From Comamonadaceae bacterium (GTDB lineage: Bacteria > Pseudomonadota > Gammaproteobacteria > Burkholderiales > Rhodocyclaceae), in assembly GCA_029255645.1 (NCBI GenBank), contig JANLJE010000026.1, positions 136,359-200,358 of the forward strand: 64,000 nucleotides of DNA. Reading direction: 5' to 3'. This document shows, piece after piece, positions 26,969-38,119 of the stretch. The notes below the pieces were generated by a model. It was not told where the DNA came from and did no database searches. It saw nothing but the letters and a program-made list of their open reading frames with translations. Positions within the stretch are counted from its first letter, which is position 1. Every line of letters starts with the position of its first letter. The translations under genes and the position numbers were made by a program.

Positions 26969-29900
26969 TCACACCTGCACCAGCCTGTCGTGGTTGGCGC
27001 GGGCCTGCTCCATCAGCCTGTCGGCCAGCACGCCGGCCTTGTCGGCATCCACCAGCGGCGGGCGCAGCCGCATCAGGTGCTCGAACAACTGCCCGTTCAG
27101 GTTGTCCTGGTCGGCGCGCTTGCTCGGGCTCCAGATGCCGCGGTTGTCCTGCAGTTCCTGAACGAGCAGGTCCACCAGCTCCACGGTCACGTCCTTCAGG
27201 CGCAGCAGCTCGGCCGGCGTCGGCGCCTGCCCGGTGCAGACCACGTCCAGCACCGTGCGCAGGAAAGGCGCGCAATGCTCGGGCAGATCGGCAGGCGCAT
27301 CGGCGGCGCCGGCCTTGCCAGTGCGCAGTTCGTCGATGAGCTTTTGCAGCTGGGCGATCACCTCGTTCCACTGCTCGCCGAGCGTCTTCAAAATCTCGTT
27401 CAAGCGTTCGGAGAGCTTGCGGTAGAGCACCGGGTCCTCGTCCACGTGCCGGCGGATGTGGGCGCGGATCGCATGCTCCATTTCGGAGGCCTTGGCGCGC
27501 GCGTTGGCCGCGCGGGCCAGCTGCGTGTCGAACTCGGTGTCGGTGAGCTGGATCGGCGGAATCCTGGGGTCGATGCCCAGCGAGATCACGTGCTCGTCGA
27601 TCAGCTTGCGCACCTTGGCGCCCACGTCCTTGCCCAGAACCGGCGTGTCCTTGTAGCGGTTGCGGGCGCGAGCGTAGACATACGCCAGGCGCTTGGCGTC
27701 GCGCGCGTACGGCAGCCCTTCGGGGCGCGGCAGCACCGTGTCGAGCGACGCCAGGAAGGCCTTGAGCTTGACCGCGAACTCGGCCCGCAGCTTCTCGCTG
27801 GCGAGTGCCTCGATGCAGGCCTCGGTGTCGTCCAGCGACTCGATGCCCTGCTTTCGGAACAGCTCCACCACGCGCAGGTGCCGGTCGCGCAGCACCGGCA
27901 CCTCGTCCTTCAGGCTGGCCAGCGCGCCTGCCACGTCCTCGTCGGCGTAGGCGGCCAGGGCTTCCTTCAGGTGCTGCGCCACGCCGTAGTAATCCACCAC
28001 GATGCCGCAGCGTTTGCCAAAGCCGGTACGGTTGACGCGGGCGATGGCCTGCAGCAGCTCGGCTTCGCGGATCGGCCGGTCCAGGTACATCACGCCCTCG
28101 ATGGGCGCGTCGAAGCCGGTGAGCAGCATCGACTTGACCAGCAGGAAGGCCAGCGGGTCGGTCTTCTCGGACTGGGCATGGAACAGCGGCTTCTTGAAAC
28201 GCTTGATCAGCTGCTCGTGCACCGCGCCGTCGGTCCAGCGCTTCCAGGCCGGGTCGTCGTTGTGGCTGCCGGAGATGATGGGCGCAAACTCGAGGCGCGC
28301 CAGCGCCTCACGGTAGCGCCAGGCCTGCACTGCCGCCTGCACCCGGGGCGGCCGCTGGCACAGGGCCTCGTCGTCTAGTGCCTTGTCGTGCGCGCTCAGG
28401 GCGTCGGCCTCGGCCAGCAATTCGCCTTGCGCCGTTTTGAGCGCCTCGAAGTAGCGGATCGCCGCCAGCCGGCTGTACGCCACCACCTGCGCCTTGTAGC
28501 CGTTGGGCAGGATGTTCGTCACGTAGTGGCGCAGCATGTCGCGCGCCTTGTCGGCAATCAGCGCCGGCGCCTCGAAAATGTGGCCGCGGGTGGCGTACTT
28601 GCGCTTGATCGCCTCCAGCTCCTGCGGCGTGTGCTGGCGGAACATGTCCTCGAACAGCGCGTCCAGACTGGCGCCGTCCTTGATCGCGCCATTGGCGGTG
28701 CGCCCCTCGTAGAGCACCGGCACCGTGGCGCCGTCGGCCTCGGCCTCCTTGATCGTGTAGCGGTCGATGAAGTCGCCGAAGATCTCATGGGTGCGCTTTT
28801 TCTCGCCCATGATGATCGGCGTGCCGGTAAAGCCGATGCGCGCGCAGTTGGGCAGCCCGGCCAGCAGGTTGGCGTGCAGGTCGCCGGCCTGCGTGCGGTG
28901 CGCCTCGTCCACCAGCACGAGGATGCTGTCGTCCTCGTTCAGCACCTCGAACGGCTCGCCGGCCTTGTAGCTGGGCTTGGGCTCTTGCACCTTCGGCAGA
29001 TCGTCGGCCGTCAGCGGCGCCTCGCCCACGGTGTCGGGGTCGCGGTACTTCTGGATGGTGGCAAAGATCAGCCCCGGCCCCTTGCGCCGCGCCAGCGCCT
29101 TCAGGCCCGCCGTGCTGTCGGCCACCTCCACCACCTCGCCGGTCAGCGTGGCGGTGGCGGAGAGCTGGCGCTGCAGGTCCTTGCGGTCGGTGACGACGAT
29201 GACCTTGAAGCGCCGCAGCTGCGCATCCGCGCGCATCTTGCGCACCAGAAACACCATCGTCAGGCTCTTGCCCGAGCCCTGCGTGTGCCAGATGATGCCG
29301 CCGCGCTGGTCATGCTCGCCGCCGGTTTTGACAGCCTCCAGGCGCGTCTTGCCGGTCTTGAGCCGCGCGATGGCGCGGTTCACCGCCCGGTACTGCTGGT
29401 AGCGGCAAACCGACTTGACGGTCTGGCCGCCCACCTGCATGAACAGCAAAAAGTGCTGCACCACGTCCAGCAACTGCGCGGGCGCCAGCAGGCCGGCGAT
29501 GAGGCGCTCCTGCTCGGACAGGCCGGTCTTGCCCAGCTGCCTGGCCACCTCGATCTCGCTGCCGCTGCCGTCGGGGTCGACCACCGTTTTCCAGCGCGCG
29601 TAATGCTCGAAGCCGGCGCCGATGCAGCCCACCCGTGCCTCGTCAAAGCTGGTGGCAATCAGCAGCTGGTTGGTGGCAAACAGCGCCTCGTTGCCCTCGT
29701 TGTCGTCGATCTCGAAGGCGGCCCTGCGCTGGTTGCTGTAGCGGCGCAGCTGATCCACGGCAGCAGCCAGCGGCTCGGGGATGGACGGGCTCTTGCACTC
29801 CACCACCACCAGCGGCAGGCCATTTACCAGCAGCACCAGGTCGGGCACGATGAAAGTCTGGGCGCTGCCCCCTTGCCCCCCCATAGCCGGGCGGGCAATC

Positions 29901-30311
29901 GACGCGATACTGGTTGACCACCGTGAAGCGGTTGTTGCCCGGCGTGTCCCAGTCGAGGTAGCGAATGGTCTGGCCGCGCCCGCCGTCCCAGCCGGGCAGG
30001 CCCTCGACGGTGAGCCCCTTGATCAGCAACTCGGTGGCCTGCTGGTTGGCCTCCAGCAGCTTGTGCGCGCCGAGCCGGGTGATGGCCGCCACGGCTTCGG
30101 ACAGGCGCGCATCGTCCAGCCACGGCAGACCATCCGGGCCGGGGTTCAGGGCGCGCAGGCGCTCACGCAGCACGCCTTCCTGGATCACCTCGGCGAAGCT
30201 TTTGCGGCCGGTGATGGCCGGGTCGTCCAGGCTGCCTTCGTTGTAAGTCCAGCCCAGCGTCTGCAACTGGGCGATGAAAGGCTTTTCGACGTCTTCCAGT
30301 TCCCAGCCCAT
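26969..30311 (-). pseudogene. hsdR: Type I restriction endonuclease subunit R, interrupted by a +1 frameshift in a G7 tract
   Basis: The N-terminal 142 codons (MGWELEDVEKPFIAQLQTLGWTYN...NQYRVDCPPGYGG, from 30311) are in one frame. The remaining 971 aa (...SAQTFIVPDLVLLVNGLPLVVVECK, Walker A IWHTQGSGKS, DEAH VLVDEAHRTQ) are in another. They join at C7 on the plus strand, 29876-29882. Removing one G restores a single ORF (...PPGYGGQGGSAQTF...). Confidence 0.85.
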
Positions 30312-30413
30312 TGGCGATCCTTCTCCCGATTGGATGGCGCCATCCAAAACCATCCAAAACCGTCCAAAACCATCCAAAAAAAGCGCCCGTTTCTCCTTAA
30401 CCGCCGGCGAGGT

Positions 30414-32069
30414 CTAGCTGCCGGCCGTGTAGTAGGCCGTACGGCGCTCACCATGCTGCACCAACTCGCCGCGCCCCTTGAGTTTGCGGATCAGCTCCTT
30501 GGCCTGGCCTTCACTCAACCGGCACAGCTCCATCACCTCCGCGCGTCGGATCTGGCCGTGCTGGCGCACGTAGCTGAGCACCATCTGCTCATGCTGGATG
30601 GGAGCGAAGCCGGCCTGGCGGGTGTAGGCCGCCTTGTCACCCTGGCGCTGGTACACGGCGGCCGACAGGGTATAGCTACGCCCCCGGGTCGTGCCATGCG
30701 CCTCCACCAGCCCGGCTTCGGTCAGCGCCTCCAGCGTGCGCTTGGCGCTCGCCGCATCGCGCTGGATGCGCTCGGCCAGTTCGTCCGCCGTTACCCGCTT
30801 CAACTCCCGCACCGCCGCCAGCGCGATCAGGCTGTCGATCGGCAGCTCGGTGCCGCGGCGGCGCTCCTCTTCCACCACCAGCCGGCGAAAGTCCAGGTCG
30901 GCCGGCGCGGTGGGCAGGCGCACGACCACCCCGTGGGCATCGGTGCGCGAATAGTCCGGCGCTGGCCGGCCAAACTTGAGCATGCCGCGAAAGATGGTGT
31001 CCACGCCCCGCCCGGAGCGCTCGACCACGCCGATGCGCTTCATCGCATCGGCCAGCATGGGATTGCGCGGCCGCGGCTCGGTCACCAGCAGGTTGGCCAG
31101 CGTCACGCCCTCCACCAGCCCGCCCGGGTTGCTGATCACCAGCGCGTCGTCCTCCAGCCGCACATGCACCGCGCCCAGGCGGTGGTAATCGCGGTGGATC
31201 AGCGCGTTGGCCACCGCCTCGCGAAAGGCCGCCATGTCCACCATCGGCACCGGCACGCGGAAGAGACCCACCTGCAGCTCGTCCTCGGGGTTGTAGGGAC
31301 GGAAGTTCGTCTCCAGCCAGTCCAGCCCCTTCAGCAGCGGAAAGCGGCGGAACTCGTTGAAGCGCACCGCCTGCTGCGCCAGCACCTGGAAGGCGAACTC
31401 ATGCGTGGGCACGCGCTCGCGCAAGGCCCCCTCGCGGCCCACCAGCAGCAGGCCGGTCAGGGTGGGCACGCGGCTGCCGTCGGCCTGGCGCTGCGTCAGC
31501 CCCAATGCGCCATCCAGCGCCTCGTCGTCCAGCTCCAGCAGCACGCGGTCGCCGCCATACTGCTGCACCGCCTGGCGCAGGCGCTCGCGCTCCAGCGGGT
31601 CCAGGTCGGACAGCAGGGCGCCGGCCACCGGTTGGGCCGAGACATCGCTCAGCCCCAAGCTGGCCGCGCGGCTCTCGCGCTCGTGCGGCAGCATCGGCGT
31701 GCACTCGGGTTGACCGTCGTGTTTGAGCCGCCGCCGCAGATACACGCCGCCGGCAGTGGCCACGATGGTGCGCGCCTTGGGTACCGCGATGCGGGCGACC
31801 GACACACCGCCCACCGCCACCGCATCCACCCGCACCTGCAGCGACGGCGAGGTGCGCGCGGCGATCAGGCCGGGCAGGCCCGCCAGCAGCTGGTGGTCGG
31901 CGTGCAGGCCGGTGGGCGTGCCGTCGTCCTCCACGCCCAGCCACAGCTCGCCGCCCTCGGCGTTGGCAAGGCAGACGATCGCCTCGACCAGCTCATGGTC
32001 CGACAGGCGTTTGCGGTCGCTCTTGAACTCGACCGTCAGCGATTCGGCGGGCGGCAGCAGGGGCGTCAT
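30414..32069 (-). CDS. AlbA_2 (Schlafen-like, divergent AAA_4) plus HATPase_c_4-type ATP-binding protein with C-terminal wHTH
   Basis: 551 aa. N-terminal ESLTVEFKSDRKRLSDHELVEAIVCLANAEGGELWLGVEDDG (AlbA_2 signature), central FREAVANALIHRDY...ISNPGG (GHKL-like), C-terminal wHTH repeats. The ATGA-type overlap (4 nt) with the hsdS stop suggests co-translation inside the R-M operon. Confidence 0.75.
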   Translation of the reverse strand: MTPLLPPAESLTVEFKSDRKRLSDHELVEAIVCLANAEGGELWLGVEDDGTPTGLHADHQLLAGLPGLIAARTSPSLQVRVDAVAVGGVSVARIAVPKARTIVATAGGVYLRRRLKHDGQPECTPMLPHERESRAASLGLSDVSAQPVAGALLSDLDPLERERLRQAVQQYGGDRVLLELDDEALDGALGLTQRQADGSRVPTLTGLLLVGREGALRERVPTHEFAFQVLAQQAVRFNEFRRFPLLKGLDWLETNFRPYNPEDELQVGLFRVPVPMVDMAAFREAVANALIHRDYHRLGAVHVRLEDDALVISNPGGLVEGVTLANLLVTEPRPRNPMLADAMKRIGVVERSGRGVDTIFRGMLKFGRPAPDYSRTDAHGVVVRLPTAPADLDFRRLVVEEERRRGTELPIDSLIALAAVRELKRVTADELAERIQRDAASAKRTLEALTEAGLVEAHGTTRGRSYTLSAAVYQRQGDKAAYTRQAGFAPIQHEQMVLSYVRQHGQIRRAEVMELCRLSEGQAKELIRKLKGRGELVQHGERRTAYYTAGS

Positions 32070-33400
32070 GCGGGTTGCGGCTCCTGCAGCAGCGGCGTGA
32101 CGCGGACGCGGCCGGTGAGGAGGTCGTCCATGAGGCCGGATTTCTCAAGGCGAAGCTTCTGCAGCTCCTGCTCCTCGGCGCGAATCCGCAGTGAAGCACC
32201 TGCCACACGTCTGGCGATTTCGTCCTGCTCATTGACCGCCGGGCGGCCAATCAAGATTGCCTCAAGTATGGAAGTATTGAGGTTCGCCATCGTCGAGCCA
32301 ACCGCCCGCCCCATGATTTGGGACTGAATAACCGGCTGCTGATACACCAACGCAAGCCAGTAAGCATTGATCTCTGCCCTGGGGAGACGCGCTAGCAGGC
32401 AGCCAGTACCGCAAAGCCACCCCGTGTGCTGATCGCCAATCGCCACGCACCGCGACAAGTCGCCTCGACGGGAGAACACGAGATCGTTCGGCTTGACACG
32501 GTGTCGGGAGAGAGCGTTGGCCTTCCGCTCCGTGATTCGCGCGATGTTCTCTGTGGACAGCTCGCCGTCAACCATGTCTTGCGGCATCACGACCGGAACG
32601 CCGTCAATGACATATTCGTGTGCGTGCAACTGCGAGCCAAATGGCCCCGTTTGCAGGATGCCACCGGACCGTCTGGCGATCTCTCCGAGGGATGTTTCCT
32701 CCCACTCCTTCGGAATCCACCCCAGCGGCGACGGCTTGTAGAGATGCGGCGCCTCGGCCTGGGGCGGGCGCAGTTCGCCGTTGGCGTCGATGCCGCGCGT
32801 CAGCAGGTCGTGCAGCAGGCCCTGCTTGACGGCCTTGAGCTTGGCGATGATCGCCTCGGTTTCGTGGATGGCGTTGTCGAGGGCTCGCAGAACCTCAACG
32901 ATCTTTGGTTGCTCACCCAACGGTGGCAGAGGAAGCTTGAACCGCTTGACTATCTTGGAGCTCAGGCCTGCCATGATGCTTCCATGGCTCATTGCTGTCA
33001 CTTGCCGTCCAACGACGTTCTCGGCCTGTAGTGCTATCGCGAAGTAGGCCCTGTCAACGAGTGCGAGATTCGGCTGAATCCTAAGCAGGTGCGAATCCAT
33101 GATGCCCCTCTCGGCATTGGCGGGGAACACAGCACACTTGCCTGCCGTTCCCATCATGGAGACTACAAGGTCACCTGGTTCCAGCTCGCAGGAACTAAGA
33201 GCCCGAAACTTAGAAGGAGATATTCGCCGTTCGCCGACCATCCAATCGTCTGAAATGACGTTCTCTTGGCCGTATACCTTGACACCATGCTCCACCATTT
33301 CCTCTTTGCGGAGCTGACTACCGAATGGCCCAATCTTCATTGCACCCTTGTGGGTCGCAGTGAGTTCGTCGACTGAGAACTCGGGGAACGCGTTAGACAT
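32066..33400 (-). CDS. hsdS: Type I R-M specificity subunit S
   Basis: 444 aa with two target-recognition halves, each followed by a conserved helical spacer ([46 protein letters not shown] and ...[22 protein letters not shown]). Overlaps hsdM by 8 nt. Confidence 0.9.
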   Translation of the reverse strand: MSNAFPEFSVDELTATHKGAMKIGPFGSQLRKEEMVEHGVKVYGQENVISDDWMVGERRISPSKFRALSSCELEPGDLVVSMMGTAGKCAVFPANAERGIMDSHLLRIQPNLALVDRAYFAIALQAENVVGRQVTAMSHGSIMAGLSSKIVKRFKLPLPPLGEQPKIVEVLRALDNAIHETEAIIAKLKAVKQGLLHDLLTRGIDANGELRPPQAEAPHLYKPSPLGWIPKEWEETSLGEIARRSGGILQTGPFGSQLHAHEYVIDGVPVVMPQDMVDGELSTENIARITERKANALSRHRVKPNDLVFSRRGDLSRCVAIGDQHTGWLCGTGCLLARLPRAEINAYWLALVYQQPVIQSQIMGRAVGSTMANLNTSILEAILIGRPAVNEQDEIARRVAGASLRIRAEEQELQKLRLEKSGLMDDLLTGRVRVTPLLQEPQPA

Positions 33401-35900
33401 ACCCCAACCCCCTTAAAAACCCCTGCAACGCCTGCGCCGCCGCGTCGCGCTTGCCCTCGATCTCGGTGAGCGTGACGCGGTACTTGTCCCACCAGTTCTC
33501 GAACGCGGCGACGATGGCCTTGCGCTGGGCGGCGATGTAGCGCTCGAGGATGGCCTGCATGTCGTCGTGCAGGATGGTCAGCAGCAGCTCGGCGGCGGCT
33601 TCGGCCGACAGGCCACCGACGGCGGCGCCGATGTGCGCCGCAAAGCTGTCCTTCTTGGCCTTGAGCTGCTTTTTGACGGCGGCCAGTTCCTTCTTCCACG
33701 CCTTGAGCTGGGCTTCGTCCACCGCGTTCTCGCCCTCGGCGTCGTCCTCGGCGGACTCGGCGGCTTCGCCGTCCTCGCCTTCGACATCCCTGGCGGCCTT
33801 GGGGTCGGCGGCCTTGATCTGGCTGTCGAGCTCGGCCTTCTTGGCCTCCAGCTCGGCGATGGCTTCGACGAAGTCGCCCATCAGGAACTTGACCAGCTTG
33901 TGCTCCAGCGGGCTTTCCTTGGCGGCCTTGTCTTCCAGCGCGGTGACGATGCTGGTGCGCCAGGCATCCACCACGCCCCTGGCGCCGCGCGCTTGCAGGG
34001 TGAGGAAGTCGTACTTGGTCTGGTTCCAGAAGCCGGCGACGATGCCGCGCACCTGGAAGGGGTCGAGCAGGCCGATGGCTTCCAGCGCGGTGCTGAAGCT
34101 GGCCAGCAGGTCGACGCGCAGCGCCACCAGACGGGCGGCGTTGTCCATTTGCCCGGCCAGCGCCGTGATGCGGGGGCTGTGCGCCTGCCACCACTGCGCG
34201 AAGGCGGCGCGGATGGCGGCTTCCTGGGCAATGAGCCTGGCGTTGTTCTCGATGGCGGGCTTGAGGTCCTGGCGCTTGGCCAGCTCGGGCTTGAAGTCGA
34301 AGTACTTCGCATCGCGCTCGACGAACAGGTCGAGCGGCTCCAGGCCGTGGGCGCTGAACAGGCTGGCCTTGTCCGCCACCTCGGCCTTGGGCACGCCGCC
34401 CACCAGATGGGCGCGCACGTCGTGCGGCTCGGGCGGCGGGGCGTTGTCGGCATAGCGGCGGATGTTGAGGTTGTAGTCGTTCTGTTTCAGCGTGGCATTG
34501 CCTTCGATGGCCGAAAAGCCGGGGATGGCGCGGAATTCGTCGAAGGTGGTGACGATTTTCTCGATGTGTTCGGGCAGCAGGTGGTTCTGCGCCCGGCCTT
34601 CGAAGAACTCGCGGTCGGCGTTGATGAACAGCACCTTGCCCTGGCGCTCGGCGGGCTTGCCGCTGACGCGCTGGGCGCCGCGTTGCACCCGCTGGCGCAG
34701 CACCAGGATGCAGGCCGGGATGCCGGTGCCGTAGAACAGGTTGGGCGCCAGGCCGATCACGGCTTCGAGCAGGTCTGCTTCGATGATGCCGGCGCGGATG
34801 GCCCTTTCTTCGCCACCGCGGAACAGCACGCCGTGCGGCATGACGGTGGCGACCATGCCGCCGTCGCGGGTGACGGCCAGCATGTGCTGCAGGAACATCA
34901 AATCGGCCTTCTTGGCGCCCAGCGGCACCTGGCCGAAGCGAAAGCGCTCGGGGAACTTGGGCGCCCAGGCGGGCGTGCCGTCGGCCGTCTTCTCGGTGTT
35001 GCCCCAGGGCAGAGAAAACGGCGGGTTGGTGAGCACGCGGTCGAAGCGCCGGAGCTCGCCGTTGTCGATGTGCCGCGGCTCGGCCAGCGTGTCGTCGTTT
35101 TGCAGGTCAGCGGTGCTGATGCCATGCAGCAGCATGTTCATCTTGGCGATGGACCAGACGGTGCCACCCGACTCCTGGCCAAAGAGATTGGCCTTGCGGC
35201 CGTCCTGGCCGTGCTCGTCGATGTATTCCTTGGCGGCGATCAGCATGCCGCCGGAACCGCAGCAGGGGTCGTAGATGTCGTGGGCCAGCGTCGGCTTGAT
35301 CAGCCGCACCATCATCCGCACGACCGAGCGCGGCGTGTAGAACTCGCCGCCCTTCTTGCCGGCCGAGTCGGCGAATTCGGCGATCAGGTATTCGTAGGCA
35401 GCGCCCAGCAGGTCGGGGAATTCGAAATCCTCGTTGCGCAGCCGGTAGGTGCCAAAGTGCGTGATGAGCTGGCGCAGCTTGATGTCCGGGATCTTGCTCT
35501 GGCCGACCTTGCGCGTGAAGTCGATGTGCTCCAGAACGTCGTACAGGCTGGTGTTGGCGGTTTCGATGCCGGTGAGCGCCTTGTTGAGGGCGTCGCCGAC
35601 GTTCTGGTGCGCCTCGTTCAGCAAAAAGTCGTAGCGCGACTGCGGCGGCACCCAGAACGAGCCTTCCTTCTTGTACCAGCGCGGGTTCTCGGCGGACAGC
35701 CGCGCCTCGGCCGCGGTCTTGCCGCCTTCCATTTCGAGGCGGATCACCTCCTCGCGGCGCTGCTCGAACACGTCCGAGCAGCGTTTGAGGAACAGCATCC
35801 CGAAGATGTATTCCTTGAACTCGGAGGCGTCCATCTTGCCGCGCAGGATGTCGGCGGCCTTGAACAGGTGGCGCTCGAGTTGGGGAAGGGTCAAAGGCAT
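33393..35900 (-). CDS. hsdM: Type I R-M N6-adenine DNA methyltransferase subunit M (long form)
   Basis: 835 aa. HsdM_N helical region, SAM motif [10 protein letters not shown], catalytic NPPFS, and a roughly 330-aa helical/acidic C-terminal extension. Confidence 0.9.
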   Translation of the reverse strand: MPLTLPQLERHLFKAADILRGKMDASEFKEYIFGMLFLKRCSDVFEQRREEVIRLEMEGGKTAAEARLSAENPRWYKKEGSFWVPPQSRYDFLLNEAHQNVGDALNKALTGIETANTSLYDVLEHIDFTRKVGQSKIPDIKLRQLITHFGTYRLRNEDFEFPDLLGAAYEYLIAEFADSAGKKGGEFYTPRSVVRMMVRLIKPTLAHDIYDPCCGSGGMLIAAKEYIDEHGQDGRKANLFGQESGGTVWSIAKMNMLLHGISTADLQNDDTLAEPRHIDNGELRRFDRVLTNPPFSLPWGNTEKTADGTPAWAPKFPERFRFGQVPLGAKKADLMFLQHMLAVTRDGGMVATVMPHGVLFRGGEERAIRAGIIEADLLEAVIGLAPNLFYGTGIPACILVLRQRVQRGAQRVSGKPAERQGKVLFINADREFFEGRAQNHLLPEHIEKIVTTFDEFRAIPGFSAIEGNATLKQNDYNLNIRRYADNAPPPEPHDVRAHLVGGVPKAEVADKASLFSAHGLEPLDLFVERDAKYFDFKPELAKRQDLKPAIENNARLIAQEAAIRAAFAQWWQAHSPRITALAGQMDNAARLVALRVDLLASFSTALEAIGLLDPFQVRGIVAGFWNQTKYDFLTLQARGARGVVDAWRTSIVTALEDKAAKESPLEHKLVKFLMGDFVEAIAELEAKKAELDSQIKAADPKAARDVEGEDGEAAESAEDDAEGENAVDEAQLKAWKKELAAVKKQLKAKKDSFAAHIGAAVGGLSAEAAAELLLTILHDDMQAILERYIAAQRKAIVAAFENWWDKYRVTLTEIEGKRDAAAQALQGFLRGLGYV

Positions 35901-36219
35901 GTATCCGGTCCGATCTGATAGGCAAGCGGACTTGCCAAAAATGCACGGTCGGCATTATCGCCGACAAGGCCCGGAGTTACGTTGCAGGGTAGGCAAAAAT
36001 GAGGGCAAACGCCTATGTCTGCGCCGCAGGGATCGCGAGGCCCGCTCCCAGTTCAATCACCAGGGGCCAAACCCGGCTTTCTGGAACTGGCGAGCAACGT
36101 GGTGGGTGAATGGCGATGCCCCTGCCCTACCTCGCTCACCCCGGTTTTTCGATCCGGCGCGTGCCGTTCGGAGCGCCGGGAAATGGCTCGCGAGCGCTCA
36201 GGGGCAAAAAGGACGCCCA

Positions 36220-36942
36220 TCAGTCGCCGCTTGCCGGGGAAGCGGCTTTGGGCCGCAATTGTTCGTCGTAGTGCTCCAGCGTCGGGAAGCGAAGGGGCTG
36301 GAGGGTGTCGAGCGCGAGGAGATGCTGGCGGTAGCGCGCCAGGCAGTCGGCGCGGGCTTCGTCGCTCAGGTAGGGCACGTGGTAGGCGGCAAAGCGGGGC
36401 AGCACGGTGAGCCCGACATAGGCGAGCATGCCCTGTTCGATGGGACGCAGCAGGGTATCGAGGTCGCCGTGGATGGCGCCGGGGCCGAACATGTGTTCGC
36501 GTCCGCCCAGGGAAAAGGCCAGCATCGCGCGCTTGCCGGCGAGGCCGCCGCGGTCGTAGATGCGCCGGCCGCCGTAGCAGACGCCGGAGACGAAGACCCG
36601 GTCTATCCAGCCCTTGAGGATGGCGGGCATGCTGAACCAGTAGATCGGGAAGTTGAAGAGGATGAAGTCGGCGCGGCGCAGCTTTTCCAATTCGGCGGCG
36701 ATGTCCGGGGCGAGGCTGGCGGTGGCGACGGCGTGGCGCTGCTCTAGCGCATACACGAGGTAGTCCGGGTTGGCGCGCTGGCCGAAGTCGGCCGCGCTGG
36801 CGACGGGGTTGAAATTCATCGCGTAGAGGTCGGAGACGACGACTTCGTGGCCGGCATTGCAGAGGGTGGCGACGGCAAGATCCTTCATCGCGGCGTTGAA
36901 GGATTTCGGTTCGGGGTGGGCGTGGACGATCAGGACGTTCAT
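36220..36942 (-). CDS. NAD(P)H:quinone oxidoreductase, flavodoxin-like fold (NQO1/MdaB-like)
   Basis: 240 aa from MNVLIVHAHPEPKSFNAAMKDLAV...FNFPIYWFSMPAILKGWIDRV. The 389-aa track ORF is an upstream run-on through a repeat region. Confidence 0.85.
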   Translation of the reverse strand: MNVLIVHAHPEPKSFNAAMKDLAVATLCNAGHEVVVSDLYAMNFNPVASAADFGQRANPDYLVYALEQRHAVATASLAPDIAAELEKLRRADFILFNFPIYWFSMPAILKGWIDRVFVSGVCYGGRRIYDRGGLAGKRAMLAFSLGGREHMFGPGAIHGDLDTLLRPIEQGMLAYVGLTVLPRFAAYHVPYLSDEARADCLARYRQHLLALDTLQPLRFPTLEHYDEQLRPKAASPASGD

Positions 36943-36961
36943 GGGGGCTCGCTTATTGGCC

Positions 36962-37045
36962 GGGGCGTTGTGGTTGAGGCGTTGGCTGGGGCGTTGTGGC
37001 TGGGGCGTTGTGGCTGGGGCGTTGGTTGGGGCGTTGGCTGGGGGC
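36962..37045. repeat. Imperfect G-rich tandem repeat, about 6 units of GGGGCGTTG(TG)GCT
   Basis: Read directly in the 490-bp divergent intergenic region between the NQO-like gene and gst. Six or more GGGG runs about 10-14 nt apart on the plus strand. Confidence 0.8.
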
Positions 37046-37434
37046 ACGCATCGGCCAGGGCGGTGCCGGGGCGGGTCGCGGGGCGCCTCCATTGTATAGA
37101 AGGCCGGGCATCGTGCCGTGCAGGCGGAATCGACAAGGAATGGGACAGCCGGGCTTGTCGCGCCCCGGGTCAACAGCGGGTCAAGTTTGTGCGCCATTAC
37201 CTTGCGACGGGCGATATCGACCACTGTCTTGATCCATTTCGTAACCCATTGAGCGTGAAAGATCATTTTTGCAGAGTCGGCAACGTTGGCATGGTTTGGC
37301 ATCGATGCGATTGCCCTCTCCGGAAATTCTGGCAGCTCGCAAGCAGACCGGGTCAGATGTGTAAAATGCACGCTCCGCCGCGACGGCATCCGGCCGTTCA
37401 GGCGTAGTTTCCTTTAACTATATGGAGATAAAGC

Positions 37435-38043
37435 ATGAAGCTCTACTATTCCCCTGGTTCTTGTTCGCTCTCGCCCCACATCGTGGCGGAGGAAGCCGGC
37501 ATTCCCCTGCAGCTGGAGAAGGTCGACCTCATGGCCAAGCGCACCGAGACCGGCCGTGATTTCTGGCAGATCAACCCCAAGGGCTACGTGCCGGCGCTCG
37601 AACTGGACGATGGCCAGCTGCTCACCGAAGGCGCGGTGATCGTGCAGTACCTGGCCGACCTGAAGCCCGAGCTTGGTCTCGCACCTGCCAATGGCACGCT
37701 GGCGCGTTACCGCCTGCAGGAGATGCTGGTTTATATCAACTCCGAGTTGCACAAGAGCTTCAGCCCGCTGTTCAAGCCGGATACGGACGAGGCCACGCGC
37801 GCCGGACTCAAGGATCACCTGCGCCGCCGCTTCGCCCTGCTGGAAGGCGTGCTGGCAAAGCAGCCCTACCTGTTGGGCGAGAATTTCACGGTGGCCGATG
37901 CCTACCTGTTTACCGTTGCCAGCTGGGCGCGTATGGCCAAGGTGGATCTGTCGGATTTTCCCGCCCTGGGTGAGTTTCAAAAGCGCGTGGCCGAGCGGCC
38001 GGCGGTGCGCAAGGTTTTGCAAGCCGAGGGGTTGCTGCAATAA
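37435..38043 (+). CDS. gstA: Glutathione S-transferase (bacterial beta-class-like)
   Basis: 202 aa. MKLYYSPGSCSLSPHIVAEEAGIPL...INPKGYVPALELDDG...EGAVIVQYLAD is a typical GstA-like N-terminus. Confidence 0.9.
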   Translation: MKLYYSPGSCSLSPHIVAEEAGIPLQLEKVDLMAKRTETGRDFWQINPKGYVPALELDDGQLLTEGAVIVQYLADLKPELGLAPANGTLARYRLQEMLVYINSELHKSFSPLFKPDTDEATRAGLKDHLRRRFALLEGVLAKQPYLLGENFTVADAYLFTVASWARMAKVDLSDFPALGEFQKRVAERPAVRKVLQAEGLLQ

Positions 38044-38077
38044 GCCTCGCGCCCGCGCCCGGTGAGTTGGCAGAACC

Positions 38078-38107
38078 GGCCCTGGCCCAAGAAGCCAGGG
38101 CCGTTTT
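38078..38107 (+). terminator. Rho-independent terminator after gst
   Basis: GGCCCTGGC-ccaagaa-GCCAGGGCC followed by GTTTT. Read directly. Confidence 0.7.
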
Positions 38108-38119
38108 GTGCTTGTCCGG

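Noticed and set aside
36141-36157. Second copy of the att-like T-arm motif (CCGGTTTTTCGATCCGG) that could mark the right island boundary
   Set aside because: It shares only short blocks (GGTT, CGA, TCCGG) with 7438-7462, which is not convincing as a direct repeat without an alignment statistic.
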